Shown: positions 1 to 9,447 of the stretch, in pieces
How positions within the stretch are numbered: position 1 is the stretch's first letter
How the letters are laid out: the number at the start of each line of letters is the position of its first letter
Source: Elusimicrobiales bacterium
GTDB taxonomy: Bacteria; Elusimicrobiota; Elusimicrobia; Elusimicrobiales; UBA9959
Length of the DNA stretch: 64,000 bases
Assembly (NCBI GenBank): GCA_031082205.1
Contig: JAVHLJ010000005.1
Coordinates: 10,269 to 74,268 of the forward strand
Direction of reading: 5' to 3'
Program-made: the position numbers and the translations under genes
Notes under the pieces: generated by a model
What the model was told of the DNA's origin: nothing
What the model saw: only the letters and a program-made list of their open reading frames with translations
The model's database searches: none

Positions 1-21
1 CGGCGGGCGCCGCGCCCGCCG
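1..21. terminator. Perfect GC hairpin at the window edge, possibly the terminator of a truncated upstream gene
   Basis: cggcgggcg-ccg-cgcccgccg, a 9-bp inverted repeat with a 3-nt loop, read directly. No clear T-tract, and the upstream gene is not visible. Confidence 0.25.
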
Positions 22-34
22 TACGGTCATCGTA

Positions 35-60
35 GTATTATAATCAAAATATATAATAAA
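35..60 (+). promoter_or_regulatory. AT-rich island with two TATAAT hexamers upstream of lptF
   Basis: TATAAT at 39-44 and 52-57 in otherwise GC-rich DNA, immediately 5' of the ATG at 61. No Shine-Dalgarno sequence is visible. Confidence 0.4.
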
Positions 61-1182
61 ATGAAAACGATGAGGATAACTGTCGCGCAGCGCTACGTGC
101 TCGGGGTCTTCGGCGGTTTTTTCCTGCTTTCCGTCTTCATCTTCTCCGCTCTCATCGTGATGGTCAATTTCCTGCAGATACTGCACGAGGGCGTGCTGCA
201 GGGCTTCTCTTTCCCGCTCATGTCGCGCACTCTGCTGTACCTGCTGCCCAACGTGCTGGCGCTGGTGGTGCCGATAGCTTTCCTGATGGCGCTGCTGATG
301 AGCCTGGGACAGCTTTCCCGCGACGGCGAGGTCATGGCGCTGCGCGCCGCGGGCTTCTCCTTCGGGCGCATACTCTCGCCGCTGATCTGGGCGGCGGCGG
401 CCGCGGCGCTGCTGACGGCCGCGCTGGGCAACTGGGCCGGGCCGAGGGGGCTCAAGCGCTCCAACGATTACGTCGAGGCGATGGTTTCGCGCATAACGCA
501 CATAGAACTGCGCCCACGCACCTTCCGCAGGATAGCGGACTGGACTTTCTACGCCGACGAGGCCGACCCGGCGACGGGGCGGCTGGCCGGCGTCAAGCTG
601 ACGCGCCGCGTGCAGCGGGCCGGGGCGGAGCCGCAGCTGATGAGGATAAGCGCCGCCGAGGGGCGCTACGGCGTGGCTCCTTCGCTGGGGATAAAGATAG
701 AGCTGGCCGACGGGACGCTGAGCCAGTCCGCCTTCGCCGCCAGGACCAGGCTCATGCACGGCGGTTTCTCTTCCTACCGCACGCTGATCCCTTTCTTCTC
801 GGGCGACGCCGAGGCCAGGCAGCTGCGCCCGCGGGAGCTGACCACGCCGTCGCTGCTTGGAAGGCTCTCGGCCGGCGTGGAGGACCCCGGTCTGGACCTG
901 CGCTACAGGATGGAGATAGTGAGCCGTATCTCGGTGGCCCTGGCGCCGCTGGTGTTCTTCCTGCTCGGCGCCCCGCTGGGACTGGTCCTCGACTCCAAGG
1001 CCCGCTCTTCGGGCTTCGCGGCCAGCCTGCTGGTCATATTCCTCTATTACGGCCTGACCGTGGGGGGCATGGTCCTGAGCCGCAAGGACCCCGCTTTCTT
1101 CCCCTGGGCCATGATGGCCCCGACCGCGGCCGGCGCGCTGGCGGGGGCCTGGCTGTGGCGGAGGAAGCTGAGCTTCCGATGA
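61..1182 (+). CDS. lptF: LPS export ABC transporter permease, LptF/LptG (YjgP/YjgQ) family
   Basis: 373-aa ORF with N- and C-terminal TM clusters flanking a soluble loop domain. It shows family-level resemblance and is paired with a paralog through an ATGA overlap. Confidence 0.8.
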   Translation: MKTMRITVAQRYVLGVFGGFFLLSVFIFSALIVMVNFLQILHEGVLQGFSFPLMSRTLLYLLPNVLALVVPIAFLMALLMSLGQLSRDGEVMALRAAGFSFGRILSPLIWAAAAAALLTAALGNWAGPRGLKRSNDYVEAMVSRITHIELRPRTFRRIADWTFYADEADPATGRLAGVKLTRRVQRAGAEPQLMRISAAEGRYGVAPSLGIKIELADGTLSQSAFAARTRLMHGGFSSYRTLIPFFSGDAEARQLRPRELTTPSLLGRLSAGVEDPGLDLRYRMEIVSRISVALAPLVFFLLGAPLGLVLDSKARSSGFAASLLVIFLYYGLTVGGMVLSRKDPAFFPWAMMAPTAAGALAGAWLWRRKLSFR

Positions 1183-2264
1183 AAAAGGTCTTCTTCAGGT
1201 ACGTCGCTTCGCTTTTCTGGGGCCCTTTCGCCTTCGGGCTGGGCGTATTCCTGGCGCTGATCATGTTCGGCACGGCTTTCGACAAGCTGGCCGTCTTCAG
1301 CCGCAACGACGCCGGGGCCGGTCTCTTTCTCTCGTACATAGCGCTGCATTCGCCTTACTTCGCCGCCAGGGTTATACCCATGGCCACCCTCATGGCCGCG
1401 CTTTTCGCGCTGGGGGACCTGATGTCGAGGGGAGAGTGGAAGGCCGGGCTGGCCGGCGGCTACCGGCCGGCGCAGATGCTGGCGCCGCTGCTGGCCTGCT
1501 CGCTGGGCGCCGCCGCCATCCATTTCGCCGTGCAGGAACTGCTGGTGCCTCCCTCCTACATGAAGGCGCAGGAACTGTATTACGAGGACCTGCGCGGCAG
1601 CAGCGACTGGCGCAGGCTGGTGCAGCAGGACGTCTCTTTTTCCGTGGGCGGCGGCGTTTTTCTCACCGCCCGGGTCTTCGACGGAGGGGCGGGCAGGATG
1701 GAGAAGGTCTCCGCCGATTTTTACAGGGACGGGGAGCTCGTCGGAGAGATATCGGCGGAATCGGCGGTATGGGACCCGGGCCGGCTGCGCTGGGTATTCA
1801 AAGGCGCCTCCGTGACCGAATATCTGCCTTCGGGACCGGCCGTGTCCAGCCGGGCGGAGCATCTCTCGGAGATATCACTGCCGCCCGGGAGCATGGTGAT
1901 AGACAAGCTGGTGCCCGAGGGCGTTTCCATGCGCGGGCTCCTGCTGCGGATGAGCAGGCTGCGCTTCATCGGGGCCCCGGCGGCAGGGGAGGCGACCGTT
2001 TTCTGGGGAAAGCTCGCCGCGCCGCTGGCCAATCCGGTCATGGCGCTGCTGGGCGCGGCCGTCGTCCTGCTGCTGGGCAGCCACGGCAAGCTGTTCAATC
2101 TGGGGATCGCGATAGGTTCGGGCTTCCTGCTCTGGGCCGCCATGATGTTCGGCCAGTCGGCCGGACAGGCGGAGATAGTGGGGCCCCTGACGGCGGCCTT
2201 CGGGCCGCTTCTGGTATTCCTCGTCCTGGGGATATGGGGACTGCGGCGGGCGCGGGCCCTCTAG
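1179..2264 (+). CDS. lptG: LPS export ABC transporter permease, LptF/LptG family (second paralog)
   Basis: Start moved to the ATG at 1179 (MKKVFFRYV), which overlaps the lptF stop (ATGA). It has the same TM / periplasmic domain / TM architecture. Confidence 0.8.
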   Translation: MKKVFFRYVASLFWGPFAFGLGVFLALIMFGTAFDKLAVFSRNDAGAGLFLSYIALHSPYFAARVIPMATLMAALFALGDLMSRGEWKAGLAGGYRPAQMLAPLLACSLGAAAIHFAVQELLVPPSYMKAQELYYEDLRGSSDWRRLVQQDVSFSVGGGVFLTARVFDGGAGRMEKVSADFYRDGELVGEISAESAVWDPGRLRWVFKGASVTEYLPSGPAVSSRAEHLSEISLPPGSMVIDKLVPEGVSMRGLLLRMSRLRFIGAPAAGEATVFWGKLAAPLANPVMALLGAAVVLLLGSHGKLFNLGIAIGSGFLLWAAMMFGQSAGQAEIVGPLTAAFGPLLVFLVLGIWGLRRARAL

Positions 2265-2270
2265 TGACTC

Positions 2271-2885
2271 TCAGAACCGGATGATCGTTCTTTTCAGTCC
2301 CCGGGGGGCGGCCCGGAGCAGGGCGTTTTCCGGCAGGCCGGCCCCGGGCGCGGCTCCGCTTTTTACGGCGCCGCCCGCGTCGAGAAAGAAGAGCGCCTCG
2401 CGGCATAACGACAGCGAACCCGAAGTAAGGGAGGCTCCTCCCGGCACGGCCCTCGTGCCGGGAGGACCCGGCGGCAGGCTGTCGGCCGCGTCGAGAACGG
2501 CGATGCCGAAGCCTCCGGCGCGCGACGCTTCGGCCAGCTGTTCGGAGTAGAGCCGGGCGGCGGCGCGAGGGGTCAGCGGCGGGAAGTTGACCACGGACGA
2601 GCCGGGCACTCCGGCCGGCGAGAAGAACAGCTCCGCGGCCCGGGCGAGGGCCGGCAGCGGCGACGGTCCCCCGGTGCGGTCCGAAACGAAGTAAAAACGG
2701 GACCTGCCCCAGTCGAAGGCCCGCGAAGCGGCGAGCTCGCGCAGGAAAGGTCCGGCCGCGGGCCCGGCGGAAAGCAGCACCCTGAAGAGCCCGTCGGAGC
2801 GGCGCTCGGCGGCCTTGAAGACGCGCAGCGCCTCCCGGGCCGCCCGCGCGCCCGGGCCAGGACCGTCCGTACCTATCCGCTTCAT
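2271..2885 (-). CDS. Divergent 6-phosphogluconolactonase / NagB-fold-like protein
   Basis: 204-aa ORF that exactly fills the lptG-tkt gap, 20 nt downstream of tkt. There is weak resemblance to the 6PGL layout (LLSAGP... W..v.FyFvSDR), but the canonical motifs are degenerate. Confidence 0.4.
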   Translation of the reverse strand: MKRIGTDGPGPGARAAREALRVFKAAERRSDGLFRVLLSAGPAAGPFLRELAASRAFDWGRSRFYFVSDRTGGPSPLPALARAAELFFSPAGVPGSSVVNFPPLTPRAAARLYSEQLAEASRAGGFGIAVLDAADSLPPGPPGTRAVPGGASLTSGSLSLCREALFFLDAGGAVKSGAAPGAGLPENALLRAAPRGLKRTIIRF

Positions 2886-2905
2886 CCCGCTCGCTCCCGC
2901 GCGCC

Positions 2906-4885
2906 TCAGGCCTTGGGCCTTATCTTCGCCAGCGCGGCCGCTTCCCCGGCCACTTTCTGCGCCGTCAGGCCGGCGTCGGCGTAAACCTGGGCGGCCGGGG
3001 CCGACTTCCCGAAAGTTTCCACTCCCATCGCGGAAGTTTCCGTCCCGGCCAGGTCCTTCCAGCCCGCCGTCCGGCCCGCCTCTATCGCCAGCTTGGGCGT
3101 GCCGGGGGACAGCACTTTTTCGCGGTAGGCCGCCGGCTGCTCCCTGAAAAGCTCGAACGACGGCATGGAGACGACGCGCGCCGCTATCCCCCTGGCGTCC
3201 AGCAGCCCCGCGGCCTCAAGGGCCAGCGACACCTCGGAGCCGGTGGCGATCAGCTCCACGTCGGGCGTCTCCACCGCCTCCTTGAGTATGTAGCCGCCGC
3301 GCCCGACTCCCTCGGCCGCCTTCGCCCTGAACTGGGTGAGCAGCGGCAGCTTCTGGCGCGAGAGGGCCAGGCAGGCCGGCCGGCGGGTCCTGACGGCCGC
3401 CTCCCAGGCGTAGAGCGTCTCCCAGGCGTCGGCCGGACGCAGCACGAGCAGGCCCGGGATCAGGCGCAGGCTCATCAGGTGCTCGACGGGCTGGTGGGTG
3501 GGGCCGTCCTCGCCGACGCCGATGCCGTCGTGGGTGAAGACGAACACCGCCGGCGCCTGCATCAGGGCGGCCAGCCGCAGGGCCGGGCGCATGTAATCGG
3601 AGAAGACCAGGAAGGTGGCGCCGAAGGGGATCAGCCCGCCGTGCAGCGCCATGCCGTTCAGTATGGAGCCCATGGCGTGCTCGCGTATGCCGAAATGCAG
3701 CGTGCGCCCCGGTTCCTTGATGAAGTCCGTCTTGGTGGAAGGCCCGAGGTCGGCCGAGCCGCCGGTGAGGCCCGGCAGCCTGTCGGCCATGAGGTTGATG
3801 ACCTTTCCCCCGGCCTCGCGCGTGGCGACCGGTTTGTCGAAGAAGGTCTCGGGGACCTTGAAGAGGTCCCCGGGTATCTCGCCGCCCAGCATGGACTTGG
3901 CCAGGGCGGCCTTGTCGGGATGGGCCTCGCTGTACTTCTTCCAGAGCTTGAGCCATTTCTTCCTGCCGCGTTCGCCGGCGGCGGCCGTCTCCGCGAAGCG
4001 GGCGCGGGCCTCTTCAGGCATGCAGAAGGGTTCGTCGGGGGGGCAGCCCAGGGTCCGCTTGGTGGCCGCTATTTCCTCGGGCTTGAGCGGCTCGCCGTGC
4101 ACGCTGCTTTTGCCCTGCTTGGGGCTGCCGAAGCCGATGTGGGTGCGCGCGATTATGAGCGACGGCTTCTCCGTCTCGCGCTTCGCCTTGCGTATGGCGG
4201 AGTCGAGCTCCGCCAGGCTGTTGCCGTCGGCCACCTCTATGACCTGCCATTCCTGCGCCTGGAAACGCTTCTTCACGTCCTCGGTGAAGGCCAGGTCCGT
4301 GGAGCCCTCGATGGTGATGCCGTTGGAGTCGTAGAGGCAGATGAGCTTGCCCAGCTTCATCGTGCCGGCCAGCGAGGCCGCCTCGTAGCTGAGTCCCTCC
4401 ATCAGGTCGCCGTCGCCGGCCAGCACGTAGGTGTGATGGTCGACCGGGCTGAACTCCGGCGTGTTGAGCTTCTCCGCCAGGATCTTTTCGGCCAGGGCCA
4501 TGCCGACGGCGTTGGCGAAGCCCTGTCCCAGCGGTCCGGTGGTGGTCTCCACGCCCGGGGTGTGGCCGTACTCGGGATGGCCCGGCGTGCGGCTGTTAAG
4601 CTGGCGGAAGTTCCGGAGGTCCTCCATCTCCAGGCCGAAGCCGTATACGTGGAGCATGGAGTAGAGCAGCGAAGAGCCGTGACCGGCGGACAGGACGAAG
4701 CGGTCCCGGTCGGCCCAGAGCGGGTCGGCCGGGGAGAACTTCAGATGGCCGGCCCAGACGGCGTAGGCCAGGGGGGCGGCGCCCAGCGGCAGTCCGGGAT
4801 GCCCCGAGTCGGCCTTGCCGACCATGTCGATGGAGAGGGTCCTGAGCGTGTTGACGCAAAGTTCGTCGTTGTTGTCGAATTTCAT
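2906..4885 (-). CDS. tkt: Transketolase
   Basis: 659 aa. The N-terminus has SGHPGLPLGAAP and the ThDP motif is AGDGDLMEG. Full-length family resemblance. Confidence 0.95.
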   Translation of the reverse strand: MKFDNNDELCVNTLRTLSIDMVGKADSGHPGLPLGAAPLAYAVWAGHLKFSPADPLWADRDRFVLSAGHGSSLLYSMLHVYGFGLEMEDLRNFRQLNSRTPGHPEYGHTPGVETTTGPLGQGFANAVGMALAEKILAEKLNTPEFSPVDHHTYVLAGDGDLMEGLSYEAASLAGTMKLGKLICLYDSNGITIEGSTDLAFTEDVKKRFQAQEWQVIEVADGNSLAELDSAIRKAKRETEKPSLIIARTHIGFGSPKQGKSSVHGEPLKPEEIAATKRTLGCPPDEPFCMPEEARARFAETAAAGERGRKKWLKLWKKYSEAHPDKAALAKSMLGGEIPGDLFKVPETFFDKPVATREAGGKVINLMADRLPGLTGGSADLGPSTKTDFIKEPGRTLHFGIREHAMGSILNGMALHGGLIPFGATFLVFSDYMRPALRLAALMQAPAVFVFTHDGIGVGEDGPTHQPVEHLMSLRLIPGLLVLRPADAWETLYAWEAAVRTRRPACLALSRQKLPLLTQFRAKAAEGVGRGGYILKEAVETPDVELIATGSEVSLALEAAGLLDARGIAARVVSMPSFELFREQPAAYREKVLSPGTPKLAIEAGRTAGWKDLAGTETSAMGVETFGKSAPAAQVYADAGLTAQKVAGEAAALAKIRPKA

Positions 4886-5469
4886 CGGTTTTCAAGCTCC
4901 TTTATCTTCCACGCCTGCAGCGCGATCACGGTCTTGGCGTCCTTTATGCGGCCGCTCCGGACCAATGCCCAGGCTTTTTCGAAAGTCAGTATTTCGGCGT
5001 CCACGAATTCGTCCTCGTCGGGACAGGGCGCGCCTTTTTTCAGCCCCGCGGCCAGGTAGATATGGAGTATCTCGGTCGAGAAGGCCGTGCTCGGCCAGAA
5101 AGAGAGGAGGCGTGCCAGGCGGGAGGCCGTGAAGCCCGTCTCTTCCTTCAGTTCGGCCCTGGCCCGCGCGGCCGGATCGTCGCCCGGACCGTTAAGCTTG
5201 CCGGCGGGGATCTCCAGCGTGTCCTGCCCCACGGGATACCGGTGCTGGCGTACGAACACTACGCGGCCGTCGTCCAGCACTGGCAGTACCGCCACCGCGC
5301 CTATGTGTTCCATGTAGCCGCGCAGGGCCTTCCTGCCGTTGGGCAGGCGCACCTCGTCCACGCGGAAGGAGACCGCCTTGCCGGGCACCCTTTCGAGCGT
5401 CCTGGTCCTGGTCTCCCGCAGGCCGGCCCGGCCGCGGCGGCCGGTCTTCGGTATTCTTTTGTGGCTCAC
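4882..5469 (-). CDS. NUDIX hydrolase (ADP-ribose pyrophosphatase-like)
   Basis: Nudix box GKL..G..x..ARAELKEETGF. The stop overlaps the tkt start (ATGA). The start is a GTG at 5469, so the N-terminus is uncertain. Confidence 0.8.
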   Translation of the reverse strand: MSHKRIPKTGRRGRAGLRETRTRTLERVPGKAVSFRVDEVRLPNGRKALRGYMEHIGAVAVLPVLDDGRVVFVRQHRYPVGQDTLEIPAGKLNGPGDDPAARARAELKEETGFTASRLARLLSFWPSTAFSTEILHIYLAAGLKKGAPCPDEDEFVDAEILTFEKAWALVRSGRIKDAKTVIALQAWKIKELENR

Positions 5470-5502
5470 GTTTATAAATTATATAATTATCGCCGTCCCA
5501 AC
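5470..5502. promoter_or_regulatory. Divergent AT-rich promoter island (NUDIX/tkt leftward, dnaE rightward)
   Basis: tttataaattatataattat. TATAAT lies on the + strand at 5482-5487 and on the - strand at 5478-5483. Confidence 0.4.
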
Positions 5503-8500
5503 ATGAAATCCGCCGGCTTCATACATCTTCATAATCATTCCGAGTACTCGATGCTCGACGGGATGCTGCGCGTCACGGACGGGCACGGCAAGCCGTCGGC
5601 CTTCCTGAAAGAGCTCTCCGACAGGCGCGTCCCGGCGATGGCGCTCACCGACCACGGCAACATGTACGGGGCCCTGGAATTCTACAATACCGCCTCGGCC
5701 GCGGGCATAAAGCCGATAATAGGCTGCGAGGTCTACGTGGCCAAGGGCTCGCGCCTGGACAAGGACAAGGCCACTTCCAGCCGCCGCGACAGCGGGCACC
5801 TTACCCTGCTGGCGGAGAACAACGAGGGTTACCAGAACCTGCTGGAGCTGGTCTCGCGGGCCTTCCTCGAGGGATTCTACCACGACCCGCGCATAGACCT
5901 GGAACTGCTGGAAAAATATCGCGGCGGGCTGATCGCCATGTCCGGCTGCCTCAAGTCGCACGTCGCCCGCGCCTGCGCCTCCGGCGACATGGCCGAGGCC
6001 GAGAAGCGCGCGGCCGAGTACGCGGCGATAATGGGAAAGGGGAATTTTTACCTCGAGCTGATGGACCACGGCATTCCCGAGGAGCGGGCCGCCATGAAGG
6101 GGCTGCTGGAGCTCTCGAAGAAGATGGGGCTGCCCGTGGTCGCCACCAACGACTGCCATTACCCGAAGCGCGAGGACTGGGAGGCCCACGACGCCCAGCT
6201 CTGCATCTCCACCGGCCGCCTTATACAGGACGAGGACCGGATGCGCATGAGCACCCACGAGTTCTATTACAAGAGCCCGGAGGAGATGATAGAGCTCTTC
6301 TCCCACACGCCCGAGGCGGTGAAGAGCACCCTCGACATCGCCTCGCGCTGCAACGTCAAGATAAACACCGGCGACTTCGTCTTCCCCATCTTCAACCCTC
6401 CCGCGAAGTACAAGTCCGGCACGGAGGGCCAGTTCGACTACCTGCGCGACCTCTGCCTGGAGGGGCTCAACGTAAAAGTGGGCAAGGTGCCCTCCAATTA
6501 CCTGGAGCGGCTGGAATACGAGCTCGGCGTCATAAAGAGGATGGGCTTCGCCGGCTACTTCCTGATAGTCATGGATTTCATCGCCCACGCGCGCTCGGTG
6601 GGCATCCCCGTCGGCCCCGGCCGCGGCTCGGGCGCCGGCTCGCTGGTAGCCTACGCCCTGGACATCACGCGCGTCGACCCGATGGTGCACGGCCTGCTCT
6701 TCGAGCGGTTCCTCAACCCGGACCGCAAGAGCATGCCCGACCTCGACATAGACTTCTCCGACAAGGGCCGCGACGAGGTCATAGAGTACGTTCGCGCCCG
6801 CTACGGCCGCGACAACGTGGCCAATATCATCACCTACAACTCCATCAAGGCCAAGAGCGCGCTCAAGGACATGGGGCGCGTCATGGACGTGCCTCTGGCC
6901 GACGTCAACGCCCTCTGCAAGCTCATCCCCAACAACGAGCCGCTGGCCAAGGCGGTGGCCGAGGTGCAGGAACTGCGCGACGCGCAGAAGGACCCCAAGA
7001 TCAAGAAGCTCTTCGAGATGGCCTTCAAGGTGGAGGGCCTCAAGCGCCAGCCCGGCGTGCACGCTGCCGGCGTCCTGATAACCCGCGAGGCGGTCACCAG
7101 ATACGTGCCGCTCTCCAACAAGAACAACAAGAACGTCGTCACCACCCAGTACGACGGCAACCAGCTGGGCAACCTGGGCCTGCTCAAGATGGACTTCCTG
7201 GGCCTGCGCACGCTGACCGTCATCGAGTCCGCCGCCGCGATGATACGAGCCGCCGGCGACAAGGATTTCGACATCTACAGGATACCGCTCGACGACAAGC
7301 GGACCTTCGACCTGCTCTCCGCCGGCCGCACGACCGGCGTGTTCCAGCTCGAATCGGACGGCATGAAGAAGCTGGTCAAGAGCCTCAAGCCGTCGGTTTT
7401 CAGCGACATCTCGGCGCTCGTCGCGCTCTACCGCCCGGGCCCCATACAGAGCGGCATGCTCGAGATGTTCGTGGACCGCAAGCACGGCCGCAAGAAGGTG
7501 GTATACGACCACCAGCTCATGGAGGACGCGCTGCGGGACACCTACGGCACCATGGTGTACCAGGAACAGGTCATGGAGATCTCCAAGCGGCTGGCCGGCT
7601 TCACGCCCGGCGAGGCGGACGGCCTGCGCAAGGCCATGGGCAAGAAGAACGCCGAGGCGATGGAGAAGATGCGCCTGATGTTCGTCGAGGGATGCAAAAA
7701 GAAGGACATCCCCGCCAAGCTCGCCGCCAAGATCTACGACGACATGGCCAAGTTCGCCGGCTACGGCTTCAACAAGTCGCATTCCGTGGCCTACGCGCTG
7801 GTCGCCTACCAGACGGCCTGGCTCAAGGCCAACCACCCGGCCGAATTCATGGCCTCGCTGCTGACCAGCGAGATAGGCCACAGCCCGGTCGACGAGGAGG
7901 GGGGCAAGGAGAACAAGATCGTCACCTACGTCGAGGAGGCCCAGGATATGGGCCTCGAGGTGCTGGGCCCCGACGTCAACGCCTCCGGCCCGGTATTCTC
8001 GCTGGAGAAAAAGGACGGCAAGACCGCGCTGCGCTTCGCCATGACCGCGATAAAGAACGTCGGCGAGGGCGTGGCGCAGGAGATAGCGGCCGAGCGGGAG
8101 AAGAACGGCCCGTTCAGGAACGTCTCCGACCTGGTCTGCCGCATGGAGGGCCGCCAGCTCAACAAGCGCGTGCTGGAATCGGCCGCCAAGGCGGGGGCCT
8201 TCGATTCTTTCTTCAGGGACGCGAAAACCGAGGAGCGCAGGGCCAGGGCCCTGGCCGCGGCCGAGAAGGCCTCGGGCTCGCTGTCCAAGCCGAAAAAGGC
8301 CTGCGACGAATCCCAGGACATGCTGTTCGGCGCCGACAGCCTGGCGCAGAAGGACACTTCCGCCGACGGTCCGGCCCCCGCTCTCAGCGAGCACGACCTG
8401 CTCAAGAACGAGAAGGAAGTGCTGGGCTTCTACCTCTCCGGCCACCCGCTGACCAGCCTGCGCCGCCAGATGGCCATGCTGACCACGGCCAGCGTGGAGA

Positions 8501-9042
8501 AGGTCTCGGCCGGCGGCTACAAGAAGGGCAGCGCGGTCCGCCTGGGCGGCATGATACTGCAGGTCAAGAACATCACGACCAAGAAGGGCGACCCGATGGC
8601 CCGCTTCGAGCTGGAGGACCTCTCCGGCAGCATAAGCGCCACGATGTTCCCGCGGCAGTACGCGCTCTATTCCAAGTACCTGGTCCCCAACCAGATAGTC
8701 CTGGTCCAGGGCCAGGTCAACGAATCCAATTTCGGCGAGGGAGGCTTCGAGATCCTGGCCGACGAGGTCTCGGCCATGGGCGAGGCCTTCGGCAAGTGGG
8801 GGAAGAACCTGGTGGTCTTCCTCTCCGACGCCAACCTGCTCGACGACAGGCAGCTCGCTGCCCTCAAGTCCGCGCTGGGCAGGCATCCCGGCGGCGCGCC
8901 GGTGTACCTGCGCCTTAACACGCGCGGCAGCGGCAACTACGTGGTGGAGATGAGCGAGCGCGTGGCGCTCGGCGAGGCCCTTTTCAAGGACATAGAAGCG
9001 GTACTGGGAGAGAAGACATGGCAGGTGGAAAGCGCATCCTGA
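5503..9042 (+). CDS. dnaE: DNA polymerase III alpha subunit
   Basis: Start trimmed to the ATG at 5503 (MKSAGFIHLHNHSEYSMLDG, PHP domain). 1179 aa with full-length DnaE resemblance. The 147-codon 5' extension in the ORF track overlaps the NUDIX gene antisense. Confidence 0.96.
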   Translation: MKSAGFIHLHNHSEYSMLDGMLRVTDGHGKPSAFLKELSDRRVPAMALTDHGNMYGALEFYNTASAAGIKPIIGCEVYVAKGSRLDKDKATSSRRDSGHLTLLAENNEGYQNLLELVSRAFLEGFYHDPRIDLELLEKYRGGLIAMSGCLKSHVARACASGDMAEAEKRAAEYAAIMGKGNFYLELMDHGIPEERAAMKGLLELSKKMGLPVVATNDCHYPKREDWEAHDAQLCISTGRLIQDEDRMRMSTHEFYYKSPEEMIELFSHTPEAVKSTLDIASRCNVKINTGDFVFPIFNPPAKYKSGTEGQFDYLRDLCLEGLNVKVGKVPSNYLERLEYELGVIKRMGFAGYFLIVMDFIAHARSVGIPVGPGRGSGAGSLVAYALDITRVDPMVHGLLFERFLNPDRKSMPDLDIDFSDKGRDEVIEYVRARYGRDNVANIITYNSIKAKSALKDMGRVMDVPLADVNALCKLIPNNEPLAKAVAEVQELRDAQKDPKIKKLFEMAFKVEGLKRQPGVHAAGVLITREAVTRYVPLSNKNNKNVVTTQYDGNQLGNLGLLKMDFLGLRTLTVIESAAAMIRAAGDKDFDIYRIPLDDKRTFDLLSAGRTTGVFQLESDGMKKLVKSLKPSVFSDISALVALYRPGPIQSGMLEMFVDRKHGRKKVVYDHQLMEDALRDTYGTMVYQEQVMEISKRLAGFTPGEADGLRKAMGKKNAEAMEKMRLMFVEGCKKKDIPAKLAAKIYDDMAKFAGYGFNKSHSVAYALVAYQTAWLKANHPAEFMASLLTSEIGHSPVDEEGGKENKIVTYVEEAQDMGLEVLGPDVNASGPVFSLEKKDGKTALRFAMTAIKNVGEGVAQEIAAEREKNGPFRNVSDLVCRMEGRQLNKRVLESAAKAGAFDSFFRDAKTEERRARALAAAEKASGSLSKPKKACDESQDMLFGADSLAQKDTSADGPAPALSEHDLLKNEKEVLGFYLSGHPLTSLRRQMAMLTTASVEKVSAGGYKKGSAVRLGGMILQVKNITTKKGDPMARFELEDLSGSISATMFPRQYALYSKYLVPNQIVLVQGQVNESNFGEGGFEILADEVSAMGEAFGKWGKNLVVFLSDANLLDDRQLAALKSALGRHPGGAPVYLRLNTRGSGNYVVEMSERVALGEALFKDIEAVLGEKTWQVESAS

Positions 9043-9401
9043 TAGCGGACGACGACCCGGACCTGGCGGACCTGCTCGAGTCGTATTTCGGCGGCCAGGG
9101 CTACCAGGTGGAAGTGGTGACCAACGGCAAGGACGCCGTGCAGCGGCTGCAGGAGGAGAAGTTCGACCTCGCGCTGCTCGACGTCATGATGCCCTACATG
9201 GACGGCTACCACGTGGCCAACGAGGTCACCGGGCGCCTGGGCCAGTCCGCGCCCAAGATCATAATCATGACCTCGCGCGACATCGCCAGCGAGAAGGGCA
9301 TAGCTTTCCTCAGCGGCGCCAGCGACACGGTGCAGAAACCCTTCGCCCTGGAGGAGATGGACAACAAGGTCAAGGCGCTGCTGGCGGCGCGGCCGGAGTG
9401 A
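9018..9401 (+). CDS. Single-domain response regulator (CheY-like receiver)
   Basis: DDD acidic pocket, phospho-acceptor context LALLDVMMP, T in IIIMTSRD, K in VQKPF. Overlaps the dnaE 3' end by 25 nt. Confidence 0.85.
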   Translation: MAGGKRILIADDDPDLADLLESYFGGQGYQVEVVTNGKDAVQRLQEEKFDLALLDVMMPYMDGYHVANEVTGRLGQSAPKIIIMTSRDIASEKGIAFLSGASDTVQKPFALEEMDNKVKALLAARPE

Positions 9402-9447
9402 AATTTTCTAGAATATCGGTGAAAACACGGAGTACCGGAGAAGAACG

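Noticed and set aside
5479-8886. 1135-aa ORF antisense to dnaE
   Set aside because: It lies entirely opposite a full-length, motif-rich DnaE. Its composition (Gly/Arg/Ala/Val/Leu runs, no recognisable domain) is typical of stop-free antisense frames in GC-rich DNA.
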